Shown piece after piece: positions 21,781 to 32,913 of a stretch of 64,000 bases of DNA. Numbering within the stretch: position 1 is the stretch's first letter; each line of letters opens with the position of its first letter. The stretch is from Burkholderiaceae bacterium. GTDB lineage: Bacteria > Pseudomonadota > Gammaproteobacteria > Burkholderiales > Burkholderiaceae_C. The translations under genes were made by a program, and so were the position numbers. The stretch spans positions 81,728-145,727 of the forward strand of contig CAKKRJ010000012.1 in assembly GCA_919902775.1 (NCBI GenBank). Reading direction: 5' to 3'. A model generated the notes under the pieces. The model saw nothing but the letters and a program-made list of their open reading frames with translations, was not told the DNA's origin and did no database searches.

Positions 21781-22998
21781 ATGCTGGACAAGCTCGGCAA
21801 CCGGTCCACGTTCGGCGCCATCGAGGATGCGCCCGTGGTCAACTTCGTGCAGCAACTGCTGGAACAAGCGGTCCGACTCAAAGCCTCTGACCTGCACTTT
21901 GAGCCCTATGAGCACCATTACCGGGTGCGCATGCGCATCGACGGCGAGTTGCGCGAAATGGCCACCCCGCCCATGGCGCTGAAAGACCGCCTGGCCTCGC
22001 GCATCAAAGTGCTTTCACGGCTGGACATTGCAGAAAAGCGCCTGCCGCAAGACGGCCGCATGAAGCTGCAATTGGACAGCGGGCGCGAACTGGACCTGCG
22101 TGTGAGCACCTTGCCCACCTTGTTTGGTGAAAAACTGGTGATCCGGGTGCTCGATTCTGCGCAGGCCCAACTCGACTTGACCCAACTGGGCTACGAGCCC
22201 GAAGACCTGGCTCGTTTGGTCGAGGCCATTCGCCGGCCGCACGGCCTGGTGCTGGTGACCGGGCCCACCGGCTCCGGCAAAACACAGTCCTTGTATGCCT
22301 GCCTGAACCTGCTCAACACGGCCGAGGTGAACATCGCCACTGTGGAAGACCCTTGCGAGATCCAGCTGCAAGGCATCAACCAGGTGAATGTGCAAGACAA
22401 GCCCGGACTGAGCTTCGCCATTGCTTTGCGCGCGTTTTTGCGGCAAGACCCGGACATCCTGATGGTGGGCGAAGTGCGCGACCTGGAGACCGCCAACATC
22501 GCCATCCAGGCCGCCCAGACAGGCCATTTGGTGTTGTCCACCTTGCACACCAACGATGCGCCCAGCACCTTGGTCCGTTTGCGCAACATGGGCACCGCCT
22601 CTTACAACATGGCGGCCAGCGTGACGCTGATCACCGCCCAGCGGCTGGTGCGTTGTCTGTGTCCCCTGTGCAAAGAAAGCGTGCACTGGCCAGCCGAGGT
22701 GTTGCTGAAAGCCGGTCTGCCGCCCGCATGGCTTCAGGCCGATACGGTCGAGGCGTTCAACCCGGTGGGCTGTGCCCATTGCCACAAGGGGTTTGCCGGA
22801 CGCACCGGCATTTTCCAGGTCATGCCAGTCGGCGCAGACATGCAGGCCCTGATCCTGCGGGATGCGGACCACCAGACCTTGACGCGCCAAGCGCAGCGTG
22901 AAGGCGTAGGCAGCTTGCGCCAGGCCGGCCTGCGCAAAGTGTTGCAGGGCATCACGTCACTCGATGAAGTCTTGGCCACCACACGGCACGGCACATGA
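21781..22998 (+). CDS. pilB: Type IV pilus assembly ATPase PilB/GspE-like (short form)
   Basis: ASDLHFEP, RLPQDGR, GPTGSGKT, LRQDPD, TGHLVLSTLHTN, two CxxC. Confidence 0.88.
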   Translation: MLDKLGNRSTFGAIEDAPVVNFVQQLLEQAVRLKASDLHFEPYEHHYRVRMRIDGELREMATPPMALKDRLASRIKVLSRLDIAEKRLPQDGRMKLQLDSGRELDLRVSTLPTLFGEKLVIRVLDSAQAQLDLTQLGYEPEDLARLVEAIRRPHGLVLVTGPTGSGKTQSLYACLNLLNTAEVNIATVEDPCEIQLQGINQVNVQDKPGLSFAIALRAFLRQDPDILMVGEVRDLETANIAIQAAQTGHLVLSTLHTNDAPSTLVRLRNMGTASYNMAASVTLITAQRLVRCLCPLCKESVHWPAEVLLKAGLPPAWLQADTVEAFNPVGCAHCHKGFAGRTGIFQVMPVGADMQALILRDADHQTLTRQAQREGVGSLRQAGLRKVLQGITSLDEVLATTRHGT

Positions 22999-24209
22999 GC
23001 GCACCAAAAACACAGCGCCAGCACGTCAGCTTTGCATGGCAGGGGCGCGATGCCCAGGGCCGGACCGTGCACGGGCGCTGCAGCGCCCCCGATGCCGGCT
23101 TGGCCCGGGCTCAATTGCGCAGACAGGGCGTGCAGCAGGTGCAGCTGCAACGGGTGTGGTGGGACCGGCCCAGCCGTGTGCGCCCCGGCGACCTGTCCCT
23201 CATGACCCGGCAGCTGGCCGCACTGCTGCGGGCGGGCGTTCCCCTGTTGCAAGCGCTGAACATGTTGTCGCGCAGCCTGACGTCTGTGGCCTTGGTGGAC
23301 GTCATGCAACAAGTGCAAAACGATGTGGCGGCGGGCACGGCTTTGCACGCGGCTTTGGCCAGGCACCCCAACCACTTCACAGGGCTGTACACCAGCATGG
23401 TTCGGGCCGGGGAATCGGCGGGCATTCTGGACACCATGATGGAGCGCCTGGCGCACACCCTGGAGAAAAACCAAGCCTTGCGTTCCCGTGTGCGCTCGGC
23501 GCTGATGTACCCGTGCGCGGTGATGGGGGTGGCCATCGCTGTGCTGGTGCTGATTCTGGTCTTTGTCGTGCCGGTCTTTGAGGAGGTGTTCCAGTCTTTC
23601 GGCGCCGATTTGCCCTGGCCGACACAAATGGTGGTGGCCCTGAGCGAGGGTTTGAGCGCATCGGGCCCCCTGCTTGCTTTGGGCTTGTTGCTGGGTCTGT
23701 GGTGGTGGCAACGGCCCCAGGCTGCCCAGGCCCGGCTCCAAACGGCGAAGGACCACGGGTTGCTCAAGTTGCCCCTGCTGGGCCCGCTCATCGGCACGGC
23801 AGTTGTGGCGCGCTGGGCGCAGACCTTGTCGGCCTTGCTGGCGGCAGGCGTGCCCTTGGCCGAGGCTTTGGAGCCCGTGGCCCAGGCCTGCGATCACGTG
23901 GTTTTTGCGCGCCTCACCCTGCAGTTGCAACGGCAGGTGGCTCAAGGCAGCCGCTTGAGCGAGGGCATGGCCCAAAGCGGCCGGTTTCCGCCCATGCTCG
24001 TGCAGCTGTGCGCCACCGGCGAAGAGACCGGTGCCATGGACACTTTGCTGGCGCGGGCCGGCAGTCTGATGGAGACCGAATTGAACGACCGGGTGAATGG
24101 TCTGTCGAGTTTGCTGGAGCCCTTGATCATCGTCGTGTTGGGCAGCTTGATTGGCGGTATTCTTGTGGCCATGTATTTACCGATTTTCCGTTTGGGTCAG
24201 GTGTTCTGA
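22995..24209 (+). CDS. pilC: Type IV pilus platform protein PilC/GspF
   Basis: TRQLAALLRAGVPL, GESAG, ALMYP, LEPLII, MYLPIF. Confidence 0.92.
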   Translation: MSAPKTQRQHVSFAWQGRDAQGRTVHGRCSAPDAGLARAQLRRQGVQQVQLQRVWWDRPSRVRPGDLSLMTRQLAALLRAGVPLLQALNMLSRSLTSVALVDVMQQVQNDVAAGTALHAALARHPNHFTGLYTSMVRAGESAGILDTMMERLAHTLEKNQALRSRVRSALMYPCAVMGVAIAVLVLILVFVVPVFEEVFQSFGADLPWPTQMVVALSEGLSASGPLLALGLLLGLWWWQRPQAAQARLQTAKDHGLLKLPLLGPLIGTAVVARWAQTLSALLAAGVPLAEALEPVAQACDHVVFARLTLQLQRQVAQGSRLSEGMAQSGRFPPMLVQLCATGEETGAMDTLLARAGSLMETELNDRVNGLSSLLEPLIIVVLGSLIGGILVAMYLPIFRLGQVF

Positions 24210-24210
24210 G

Positions 24211-25053
24211 ATGGCAGCCGATGCATTCGTCTGGATCGGCGGGGCGCTGCTGGGTCTGGTGGTGGGCAGTTTCCTGAACGTGGTCATTCACCGCCTGCCC
24301 CGCATGCTGGAGGCGCAGTGGGCGCAAGCGCCCCACGAACAGGCCCCTGACGACAGCCCCTCAACCCTGCCGCCCCGACAGCCCTACAACATCGCCGTAC
24401 CCGGCTCGCATTGTCCCCACTGCGGGCATGTTCTGCCCTGGGCAGAAAAGATCCCTGTGCTGAGCTATCTGGTGCTGCAAGGGCGTTGCCGCGCATGCCA
24501 TGCGCCCATTGGCTGGCGCTATCCGGCCGTGGAACTGTTGACCGCTGGCTTGTTTGCCTGGAGTTTTTCACGCTATGGCCTGAGCGCCACGGCCTTGGCC
24601 TGGGCCGGCTTTGCGGCCGCCTTGGTCACGCTGGCCGCCATTGACGCCGACACCACCTTGCTGCCCGATGCCATCACCCAGCCTTTGGTCTGGTCGGGCT
24701 TGCTGGCCGCCAGTCTGGGGCTGAGCCAGGTCAGTTTGACCGTGGCCTTGTGGGGCGCGGTGGCGGGTTACCTGTTTTTATGGTCGGTCTATTGGCTGTT
24801 CAAGGGGGTCACCGGCAAAGAGGGCATGGGCCAGGGGGACTTCAAACTGCTGGCCGCACTGGGGGCCTGGCTGGGCTGGCCCGCCTTGCTGTCGCTGGTG
24901 CTGATCGCATCGCTCACGGGCGTTGCCTGTGGGCTGTGGCTGCGCCTGCGCCAGCGCATGCCGGAAGACGGCTATATTCCGTTTGGCCCTTTTTTGGCCT
25001 TGGCGGGTGCTTGGGTCATGGCCTTGGGCACCCTGCCCGGCCTGCCTGTTTAA
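24211..25053 (+). CDS. pilD: Prepilin peptidase/N-methyltransferase
   Basis: GSFLNVVIHRLP, two CxxC, GMGQGDFKL, PFGPFL. Confidence 0.93.
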   Translation: MAADAFVWIGGALLGLVVGSFLNVVIHRLPRMLEAQWAQAPHEQAPDDSPSTLPPRQPYNIAVPGSHCPHCGHVLPWAEKIPVLSYLVLQGRCRACHAPIGWRYPAVELLTAGLFAWSFSRYGLSATALAWAGFAAALVTLAAIDADTTLLPDAITQPLVWSGLLAASLGLSQVSLTVALWGAVAGYLFLWSVYWLFKGVTGKEGMGQGDFKLLAALGAWLGWPALLSLVLIASLTGVACGLWLRLRQRMPEDGYIPFGPFLALAGAWVMALGTLPGLPV

Positions 25054-25056
25054 ACC

Positions 25057-25674
25057 ATGAACACACAACGACTTTGGCGCATCGGCCTGACCGGTGGCAT
25101 CGGCAGCGGCAAAAGCACCGTGGCCAACATGCTGGCCGCCTGTGGCGCCGCCGTGATCGATGCCGATGCGATTTCGCGCAGCGTGACCGCCCCGGGCGGG
25201 CGGGCGATCGCCCCCATCGCCCAAGCCTTTGGGCCGCAAATGATCGACGCCCAGGGCGCCTTGAACCGTCAGGCCATGCGTGCGCAGATTTTTCAAAACA
25301 CAGAAGCCAAAAAACAGCTCGAAGCCATCATCCACCCCTTGGTGAACCAGATCACCCAGGAACAGGCGCGAGCAGCTTTGCAAAGTGGCCGGCAGCTGCT
25401 GGTGTTCGACGTGCCTTTGCTGGTGGAGTCGGGCGAACGCTGGCGCCGACAGGTGGACCGGGTGATCGTGGTGGACTGCGATGCCGCCACACAAAGGCAA
25501 AGGGTCGTGGCCCGAAGTGGCTTGGCGGTCGATGAAATTGACCGCATCCTGGCCCAGCAGGCCTCACGGGCACAACGCCTGGCCTGCGCCGATGCGGTGA
25601 TCTTCAACCAAGGCCTGAGTCTGGCTGAATTAGAGGCCCAAGTGCGCCAGGTGGCTGCTGACTTCGGGCTATGA
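25057..25674 (+). CDS. coaE: Dephospho-CoA kinase
   Basis: IGLTGGIGSGKS, IDAD, DVPLL; synteny with pilD. Confidence 0.95.
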   Translation: MNTQRLWRIGLTGGIGSGKSTVANMLAACGAAVIDADAISRSVTAPGGRAIAPIAQAFGPQMIDAQGALNRQAMRAQIFQNTEAKKQLEAIIHPLVNQITQEQARAALQSGRQLLVFDVPLLVESGERWRRQVDRVIVVDCDAATQRQRVVARSGLAVDEIDRILAQQASRAQRLACADAVIFNQGLSLAELEAQVRQVAADFGL

Positions 25675-25696
25675 TGGCGGCACTGGAAGACGCCGC

Positions 25697-26452
25697 GTGA
25701 TACTGTACGAATACCCCTTCAACGAACGCATTCGCACTTACCTGCGGCTGCAACAATTATTCAACCGCCTGGGCCAATTGGTGGCCCGCGCGGAAGCGAT
25801 AGACCACCACTTTGCACTGACCACGCTGTTCGAGATCATCGAAGTGGCATCGCGTTCAGAACTCAAATCGGATGTTCTGAAAGATCTGGAACGCCAAAGA
25901 CAGCTCTACAACGGCTACCGTGGCAACCCGGCCATCTCTGAAAAAGCCCTCGACGGCCTGATCGCCCAACTGGACGAGCACTTTGAGGCGCTCAACCAGG
26001 TCAGCGGAAAAATCGGCCAAAGCCTGAACGACAACGATTTCCTGATGGCCTTGCGCAGTCGTGCCGTCATCCCTGGCGGCACCTGCGAGTTTGATTTGCC
26101 GGCCTACCACGCATGGCAACACCACGACGCCCCCAAACGCACCAGCGATTTGACGCAGTGGATCGCGCCGTTTGCCCCCTTGGCACAGGCCATCCAACTG
26201 CTGCTGCAAATGCTGCGCGAATCCGGCAGCAGCCAGAAAGTCATGGCCACGGCCGGGCAACTGCAGCAAAACCTGCCCCAGGGTCGCACATTCCAATTGT
26301 TGCGGCTCAAAATCGATCCGGCACTGGGCATCACCCCCGAAATCAGCTGCAACCGCTTGTTGGTCGTCATCCGCATGATGCGCCAGCAAAGCGATGGCAA
26401 ATTGGTGGCCACCACCGATGACGTGCCTTTCGAAATGTCTTTGTGCGCATGA
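25697..26452 (+). CDS. zapD: Cell division protein ZapD
   Basis: YEYPFNERIRTYLRL, PGGTCEFDLP. Confidence 0.95.
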   Translation: MILYEYPFNERIRTYLRLQQLFNRLGQLVARAEAIDHHFALTTLFEIIEVASRSELKSDVLKDLERQRQLYNGYRGNPAISEKALDGLIAQLDEHFEALNQVSGKIGQSLNDNDFLMALRSRAVIPGGTCEFDLPAYHAWQHHDAPKRTSDLTQWIAPFAPLAQAIQLLLQMLRESGSSQKVMATAGQLQQNLPQGRTFQLLRLKIDPALGITPEISCNRLLVVIRMMRQQSDGKLVATTDDVPFEMSLCA

Positions 26453-26454
26453 GC

Positions 26455-26664
26455 ATGTCGAACACGCCGCCAGATTTTGCACCTCGCCAGGTGCGCTGCC
26501 CCGCTTGTGCGGGCATCAGCCTTTACAGCAGCAACAACCCATATCGCCCGTTTTGCAGCGCCCGTTGCAAGGGCGTCGATTTGGGCGCCTGGGCCAGCGA
26601 AGAATTCAAACTGCCCGAAGAAACGCCGCTGGACGAGCCCTTTGGCGATCCGCGTCTGCAGTGA
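26455..26664 (+). CDS. yacG: DNA gyrase inhibitor YacG
   Basis: CPAC...RPFCSARCKGVDLGAWA. Confidence 0.93.
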   Translation: MSNTPPDFAPRQVRCPACAGISLYSSNNPYRPFCSARCKGVDLGAWASEEFKLPEETPLDEPFGDPRLQ

Positions 26665-26669
26665 GCGAT

Positions 26670-27152
26670 TCAGGTGTGCGTGGCACCCGTGAACTGACGC
26701 TCTTGCGCCAACCAATCCAACACCGGCACCGTGCCGGGCAAAACGGGCGCGACCGTCACAGGCAGTGACTGCCAGGCGTGTGATTGCGCTTCCCGCATTT
26801 GCAACTCGCCCTGCCAATCCCAGACTTTGCAAAAATGCAGCCGCACCAAGGCGTGCGGGTAATCGACCATCTGGGTTTTCCAGATCTGCGCCTGGCCGAT
26901 CGTGATGCCCAACTCTTCTTGCAGTTCGCGGCGCAAGGCTTGCTCGACCGACTCCCCCGCTTCCAGCTTGCCGCCCGGAAACTCCCAATAGCCGGCGTAC
27001 ACCTTGCCTTCGGGACGTGAGGTCAGCAAAAACCGGCCATCGGTCTGCAGCAGCACGCCCACGGCCACATCGACCACTGCGCGCTCTGCCTGGCCTGGGC
27101 TCAGGTCTTCGCGCTGGCGTTCGCCATCGGCCACCAACAGGCCTGCGCTCAT
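26670..27152 (-). CDS. mutT: 8-oxo-dGTP diphosphatase (NUDIX)
   Basis: WEFPGGKLEAGESVEQALRRELQEELG. Confidence 0.88.
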   Translation of the reverse strand: MSAGLLVADGERQREDLSPGQAERAVVDVAVGVLLQTDGRFLLTSRPEGKVYAGYWEFPGGKLEAGESVEQALRRELQEELGITIGQAQIWKTQMVDYPHALVRLHFCKVWDWQGELQMREAQSHAWQSLPVTVAPVLPGTVPVLDWLAQERQFTGATHT

Positions 27153-28039
27153 GCCGAACCGGGTTGGCGGCCCATCATGTCCCGCGCAAATTGGTAAGCC
27201 ACACGGCCACTGCGTGATCCACGCTCCAGCGCCCACAACAAGGCATCGGGTCGCGCCGCCTCGATTTGCGCAGGCGTGGCCCCCAGAGCATGCAGCCACT
27301 GGCCAGCAATCGCGAGGTATTCGTCTTGCGAGAACGGATAAAAACTGATCCACAAACCAAAACGCTCGGACAACGAAATCTTTTCTTCCACGCCCTCGCC
27401 GGGGTGCACTTCGCCGTCGTCGGTGTGTTTGTAGGTGAGGTTTTCGCTCATGTACTCGGGCAACAGGTGACGGCGGTTGCTGGTGGCATACACCAGCACA
27501 TTGGGCGTCGATGCGGCCACAGTGCCGTCCAGAATCGACTTGAGCGCCTTGTAGCCCGGCTCGCCATCTTCAAAGCTCAGGTCATCGCAATACACCACAA
27601 ACTTTTCATCGCGCGCCGCCACCACCTCGATGATGTCGGGCAAGTCGGTCAGGTCTTCCTTGTCCACCTCGATCAGGCGCAGGCCCTGGGGGGCATAGGT
27701 GTTCAGACACGCCTTGATGAGCGACGACTTGCCGGTGCCCCGTGCGCCTGTCAGCAACACGTTGTTGGCCGAGCGGCCCTGCACAAACTGCTCGGTGTTG
27801 CGCTGCAGCTTTTCTTTCTGGTCGTCAATTTCTTTCAGGTCGGCCAGCGTCATGGCCGCCACATGGCGCACCGGCTCCAGCACGCCATGACCAGACGCGC
27901 GCTTGCGGTAACGCCAGGCAATGGCCTGCGTCCAGTCGGGGGCAGACAAAGGCTGGGGCAAAACCGCCTCAATACGGTCCACCAGCTGGCTGACTTTGGC
28001 CAACAATTGGTCGAGTGCAGAAGGGGACGCGGAGGTCAT
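27149..28039 (-). CDS. DUF815 AAA+ ATPase
   Basis: [41 protein letters not shown]. Confidence 0.9.
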   Translation of the reverse strand: MTSASPSALDQLLAKVSQLVDRIEAVLPQPLSAPDWTQAIAWRYRKRASGHGVLEPVRHVAAMTLADLKEIDDQKEKLQRNTEQFVQGRSANNVLLTGARGTGKSSLIKACLNTYAPQGLRLIEVDKEDLTDLPDIIEVVAARDEKFVVYCDDLSFEDGEPGYKALKSILDGTVAASTPNVLVYATSNRRHLLPEYMSENLTYKHTDDGEVHPGEGVEEKISLSERFGLWISFYPFSQDEYLAIAGQWLHALGATPAQIEAARPDALLWALERGSRSGRVAYQFARDMMGRQPGSA

Positions 28040-29265
28040 GAACGGTAATCCGCGTTGATGGTGACGTATTCGTGGCTCAGATCGCAGGTCCACACGGTGT
28101 CGCTGGCGGTGCCACGGCCCAGACCCACACGCACGGTGATTTCGCTGCCTTTCATGACGCGCTGGCCGTCTTCTTCGCGGTATTCGGCACGGCGCCCCCC
28201 TTTGGACACGACATGCACATCGTCCAGGTGCAACTCGATCAGGCCTTGGTCCAGGTCGTCAATGCCGGCGTAACCCACCGCCGCCAGGATGCGCCCCAGG
28301 TTCGGGTCGCTGGCAAAGAAAGCGGTTTTGACCAGCGGCGAATGCGCGATCGCATAAGCCACCTGGCGGCACTCTTCGCCTGTGCGACCGCCTTCGACCT
28401 GCACGGTGATGAACTTGGTGGCGCCTTCGCCATCGCGCACGATGGCATGCGCCAACTGGCGTGCCACTTGCAGCAAGCCCTTGACCAAGGCTTGACCGTC
28501 GGCACTGTCCAGCGAGGTGATCTGTGCGTGGCCCGCCTGGTGCGTGGCGATCAGCATGAACGAATCGTTGGTCGAGGTGTCGCCATCGATGGTGATGCGG
28601 TTGAAAGACCCATCGGCCAGTTGTTTGGCCAAGGCGGACAACAAAGCGGGATCGATGCAAGCGTCTGTGGCCACAAAACCCAGCATGGTGGCCATGTTGG
28701 GGCGGATCATGCCGGCGCCTTTGCTGATGCCGGTGATGCTGACCGCCTGTCCACCGATCTGCACCTGCACACTGGCCGCCTTGGGCACGGTGTCGGTGGT
28801 CATGATGCCTTCAGCGGCCTTGGCCCAGTGCGCGGCCTGTGCATCGGCCAAGGCAGCAGGCAGCCCGGCCACGATGCGGTCTACCGGCAGCGGCTCCATG
28901 ATCACACCCGTCGAAAACGGCAAAATCTGGAGTGGGGTGCATTGCAGCAAGCTGGCCAACGCGTCGCAGGTCTGGCGTGCATGGGCCAGGCCCGGCGCAC
29001 CGGTGCCTGCGTTGGCGTTGCCGGTGTTGATGACTAAGGCCCGCACAGCAGAGCCTGCCGCCAGGTGTTCACGGCACACCTGCACAGGCGCGGCGCAAAA
29101 ACGGTTGCTGGTGAACACACCCGCCACACTGGCCCCTGGGTCCAGCAAAAAAACGGTCAGGTCTTTGCGGTTGGCTTTGCGCACACCTGCCTCGGCGATG
29201 CCGATGCGAACGCCCGCAATCGGGCTCAATTGGGTGGGGTCCAGCGGGGGCAAATTCACAGGCAT
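28036..29265 (-). CDS. argJ: Bifunctional ornithine acetyltransferase
   Basis: [14 protein letters not shown] autoproteolysis site, DTSTND, DGEGATK. Confidence 0.96.
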   Translation of the reverse strand: MPVNLPPLDPTQLSPIAGVRIGIAEAGVRKANRKDLTVFLLDPGASVAGVFTSNRFCAAPVQVCREHLAAGSAVRALVINTGNANAGTGAPGLAHARQTCDALASLLQCTPLQILPFSTGVIMEPLPVDRIVAGLPAALADAQAAHWAKAAEGIMTTDTVPKAASVQVQIGGQAVSITGISKGAGMIRPNMATMLGFVATDACIDPALLSALAKQLADGSFNRITIDGDTSTNDSFMLIATHQAGHAQITSLDSADGQALVKGLLQVARQLAHAIVRDGEGATKFITVQVEGGRTGEECRQVAYAIAHSPLVKTAFFASDPNLGRILAAVGYAGIDDLDQGLIELHLDDVHVVSKGGRRAEYREEDGQRVMKGSEITVRVGLGRGTASDTVWTCDLSHEYVTINADYRS

Positions 29266-29311
29266 GTGGATCTTTCAGGAAAAAAATAAACATTTCGGGC
29301 GGTACACAAAC

Positions 29312-29331
29312 AAAACGGGCCGAAGCCCGTT
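29312..29331 (-). terminator. Hairpin downstream of secA
   Basis: aacgggc-cgaa-gcccgtt followed by T-rich run on the minus strand. Confidence 0.55.
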
Positions 29332-29348
29332 CCATCCGCGCGGCCAAC

Positions 29349-32096
29349 TCAGCTGAGTTTGCCGTGGCATTGCTTGAATTTCTTGCCGCTTCCGCAGGGG
29401 CAAGGCTCGTTGCGGCCCACGGGGCCCCACTCTTGCTGCAGGCCAACCAAATCGGCCGCCACAATTTGGGGATCACCCGACTCGTCAGGGGCGCTGTAGG
29501 TCACATGGCTGATGTGCTCGGCGCGCTCTTCAATGTCGTGGGCGGCTTGTTCGATCTGTTCACCCGAATCAATGCGCACGGTCATCAGGGTGCGGGTCAC
29601 TTCGTTTTTGACGGCGTCGAGCAACTGGCCAAACAACTCAAACGCTTCGCGCTTGTATTCCTGCTTGGGCTGCTTTTGCGCGTAACCGCGCAAGTGGATG
29701 CCCTGGCGCAGATAGTCCAGCGCGCTCAGGTGTTCGCGCCAGTGCGTATCGATGCTTTGCAGCAAGACCATGCGCTCAAACGAAGTGAAGTTCTCCACCC
29801 CCACGCTGTCGAGTTTGGCCTGGAACTGGGCATGGGCAGCCGCCACCACCGATTCCAAAATGTCTTCGTCGGTGATGGCGTTGGAGGCCTGCACCTTGTC
29901 TCGCAAATTCACCTGCAGCAACCACTCATCGGCCAATGCCTTTTCCAGGCTGGCCAGATCCCATTGTTCTTCCACCGATTCGGCAGGCACATACTGGCGC
30001 ACCAGATCACTAAAGCAACCTTCACGCAATGAGGCAATCTGGCCGTTCAAATCCTGCGCGTCCAGAATGTCGTTGCGCTGCTGGTAAATCACCTTGCGCT
30101 GGTCGTTCGACACATCGTCGTATTCCAGCAATTGCTTGCGGATGTCAAAGTTGCGCGACTCCACCTTGCGCTGCGCGCTTTCGATGCTGCGCGTCACGAT
30201 GCCGGCTTCGATGGCCTCGCCTTCGGGCATTTTCAAGCGGTCCATGATGGCGCGCACGCGGTCACCCGCAAAAATGCGCATGAGCGGATCGTCCAGGCTC
30301 AGGTAAAAGCGGGACGAACCTGGATCACCTTGGCGGCCCGAACGCCCTCGCAGCTGGTTGTCGATGCGGCGCGACTCGTGGCGTTCGGTGGCGATGATGC
30401 GCAAACCACCCAAAGCCTTGACCTGCTCGTGGATCACTTTCCATTCGTCGCGCAATTGCGCCACGCGGGCTTGCTTGGCTTCATCTGAAAGGCCTTCGTC
30501 GGCTTCCACCGCCAGGATGTCTTTTTCGATGTTGCCACCCAACACGATGTCGGTGCCGCGGCCAGCCATGTTGGTGGCGATCGTGATCATGCCTGGGCGT
30601 CCGGCCTGGGCCACGATGTCGGCTTCACGGGCGTGTTGCTTGGCGTTGAGCACCTGGTGCGGCAGCTTTTCTTGCGTCAGCAACTGCGCGATCAACTCTG
30701 AATTTTCAATCGAAGTGGTGCCCACCAGCACAGGTTGTCCACGCTCATGGCATTCACGGATGTCCGCGATCGCGGCCGTGTAACGCTCTTGCGAAGTTTT
30801 GTAGACGCGGTCGAGTTGGTCTTCGCGCTGGCTTTTGCGGTGCGGCGGAATGACCACCGTCTCCAAACCGTAGATTTCCTGAAACTCATACGCCTCGGTG
30901 TCGGCCGTACCCGTCATGCCACCCATCTTGCCGTACAGGCGGAAATAATTCTGGAACGTGATCGAGGCCAGCGTCTGGTTTTCGGCCTGGATCTGCACGT
31001 CCTCTTTGGCCTCGACGGCCTGGTGCAAACCATCGCTCCAGCGACGGCCAGTCATCAAGCGGCCAGTGAACTCGTCCACGATGACGATCTCGCCTTCTTG
31101 CACCACGTAATGCTGGTCACGGTGGTACAGGTGCTGTGCACGCAGGGCGGCATTCAGGTGGTGCATCAAGGTGATGTTGGCCGGGTCGTACAGGCTGGCA
31201 CCTTCGGGAATCAAGCCCATCTGGGCCAGTACCGCTTCGGCTTTTTCGTGGCCTTGCTCGGTCAGGAAAATCTGGTGCGACTTTTCATCCAGCGTGAAAT
31301 CACCTGGCGTGATGATGCCCTCGCCCGTGCGCGGATCGGCTTCGCCTTCCTGACGGGTGAGCAAAGGCACAACCTGCTTCATCGACAAATAAGTCGCCGT
31401 GTGGTCTTCGGCCTGGCCACTGATGATCAAAGGCGTGCGGGCCTCGTCGATCAGGATCGAATCCACCTCGTCGATGATGGCGTAGTTCAAGGGACGCTGC
31501 ACACGGTCATGGGCTTCATAGACCATGTTGTCGCGCAGGTAATCAAAGCCGTATTCGTTGTTGGTGCCGTAGGTGATGTCCGAGTTGTAAGCCGCTTGCT
31601 TTTCCTCGCGGGACATCTGGGCCAGGTTGATACCGACCGACAAACCCAGGAAATTGAACAGCTTGCCCATCCAGCGCGCATCGCGGCTGGCCAGGTAATC
31701 GTTCACGGTGACGACGTGCACACCTTTGCCCGACAAGGCGTTCAAGTACGCAGGCAATGTGGAGGTCAGGGTCTTGCCTTCACCCGTGCGCATTTCGGCG
31801 ATCTTGCCATTGTGCAAGGCGATACCACCGGCCAATTGCACGTCGAAATGGCGCATCTTCATGACACGCTTGGAGCCTTCGCGCACCACGGCGAAGGCTT
31901 CTGGCAGCAATGCGTCCAGCGCTTCGCCTGCGGCAAAGCGCTCCCGAAAACTCTGGGTCTTGGCGCGCAGTTCGCCGTCGCTCAAAGACTCCAGTCCGGC
32001 TTCCAGGGCATTGATGCGCTCCACCGTTTTGCGGTATTGCTTGAGCAGGCGGTCGTTGCGGCTGCCGAATATTTTGGTGAGGAATGGGATGGCCAT
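29349..32096 (-). CDS. secA: Preprotein translocase ATPase SecA
   Basis: [31 protein letters not shown] motif [13 protein letters not shown]. Confidence 0.98.
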   Translation of the reverse strand: MAIPFLTKIFGSRNDRLLKQYRKTVERINALEAGLESLSDGELRAKTQSFRERFAAGEALDALLPEAFAVVREGSKRVMKMRHFDVQLAGGIALHNGKIAEMRTGEGKTLTSTLPAYLNALSGKGVHVVTVNDYLASRDARWMGKLFNFLGLSVGINLAQMSREEKQAAYNSDITYGTNNEYGFDYLRDNMVYEAHDRVQRPLNYAIIDEVDSILIDEARTPLIISGQAEDHTATYLSMKQVVPLLTRQEGEADPRTGEGIITPGDFTLDEKSHQIFLTEQGHEKAEAVLAQMGLIPEGASLYDPANITLMHHLNAALRAQHLYHRDQHYVVQEGEIVIVDEFTGRLMTGRRWSDGLHQAVEAKEDVQIQAENQTLASITFQNYFRLYGKMGGMTGTADTEAYEFQEIYGLETVVIPPHRKSQREDQLDRVYKTSQERYTAAIADIRECHERGQPVLVGTTSIENSELIAQLLTQEKLPHQVLNAKQHAREADIVAQAGRPGMITIATNMAGRGTDIVLGGNIEKDILAVEADEGLSDEAKQARVAQLRDEWKVIHEQVKALGGLRIIATERHESRRIDNQLRGRSGRQGDPGSSRFYLSLDDPLMRIFAGDRVRAIMDRLKMPEGEAIEAGIVTRSIESAQRKVESRNFDIRKQLLEYDDVSNDQRKVIYQQRNDILDAQDLNGQIASLREGCFSDLVRQYVPAESVEEQWDLASLEKALADEWLLQVNLRDKVQASNAITDEDILESVVAAAHAQFQAKLDSVGVENFTSFERMVLLQSIDTHWREHLSALDYLRQGIHLRGYAQKQPKQEYKREAFELFGQLLDAVKNEVTRTLMTVRIDSGEQIEQAAHDIEERAEHISHVTYSAPDESGDPQIVAADLVGLQQEWGPVGRNEPCPCGSGKKFKQCHGKLS

Positions 32097-32315
32097 GTCT
32101 ACAAGATCCACCTTCAGCCCAAGGCTGAGAAACAGACCGTCTATCCTGTCAAGTTAAAGGGTTCAGAAAAACCGGGCCAGCGGGATACCCCCACGCCCCA
32201 GCGGGCCGCCACAGGCGCCCGCTTAACTTGATGATTTTAGCCTCTAGGCCGCCCGTTTCCGGGGATGCCGTCCAAGCCCTGTCCGCTGCCGGATAATGGG
32301 CGACCCCCTCGCACC

Positions 32316-32624
32316 ATGCAAAGACGTCACCAAGCCATTCCCCTGCAACAAGCCGCGCAAGAGTCACCCACTTTTGCGCGCTTGGCGAGCCTGGTGCGCG
32401 AGTCGTCGGCGCGATTGCAGGCCATTCATCCTTTGCTGCCAGCCCCCCTGCGGGCCAGTGTGCAGGCCGGGCCCATTGAAGACGGTTGCTGGTGTCTGCT
32501 GGTCAGCTCCAATGCGGTGGCTGCCAAGCTGCGCCAATTGGTCCCCGCGCTTCAAGCCCATTTGACGCACAAGGGGCTCAGCGTGACGACGATCCGCATC
32601 AAGGTACAGAACCGGGTTTTTTAG
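32316..32624 (+). CDS. dciA: DciA/DUF721 family protein
   Basis: Divergent from secA; LLVSSNAVAAKLRQL..IRIKV. Confidence 0.7.
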   Translation: MQRRHQAIPLQQAAQESPTFARLASLVRESSARLQAIHPLLPAPLRASVQAGPIEDGCWCLLVSSNAVAAKLRQLVPALQAHLTHKGLSVTTIRIKVQNRVF

Positions 32625-32657
32625 CCTTCTTGGATTCGCCGGTGTCGCTGACGGATC

Positions 32658-32692
32658 AAAAAAAAGGCCCTGATCATGGATCAGGGCCTTTT
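32658..32692. terminator. Bidirectional intrinsic terminator, probably the pre-insertion tRNA-Thr terminator
   Basis: aaaaaaaggccctgatc-atg-gatcagggcctttt. Confidence 0.8.
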
Positions 32693-32913
32693 CAGGTTTG
32701 TGGTGCTGGATCTGGGAGTACGTAAATTAATCCTTTTGAACGCATATCTTACTAGGGGGTGACAGTGTCCAGATTCACGTTTTTTGATGTTTGTTCAAAT
32801 AAATCAAAAATCTTGATAAGGATAAATAAGTTCTAGTTGTGGATTTTTCCCCACAGTTGTGCTCCACAGGGCCTGTATTTCTAATTATCTACTCTGGATA
32901 TAACAAGTAAGAG

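Noticed and set aside
32838-32870. DnaA-box-like words (TTGTGGATT, TTCCCCACA, GCTCCACA) near the island end
   Set aside because: Poor matches to TTATCCACA and no oriC context; may be recombinase arm sites but unsupported
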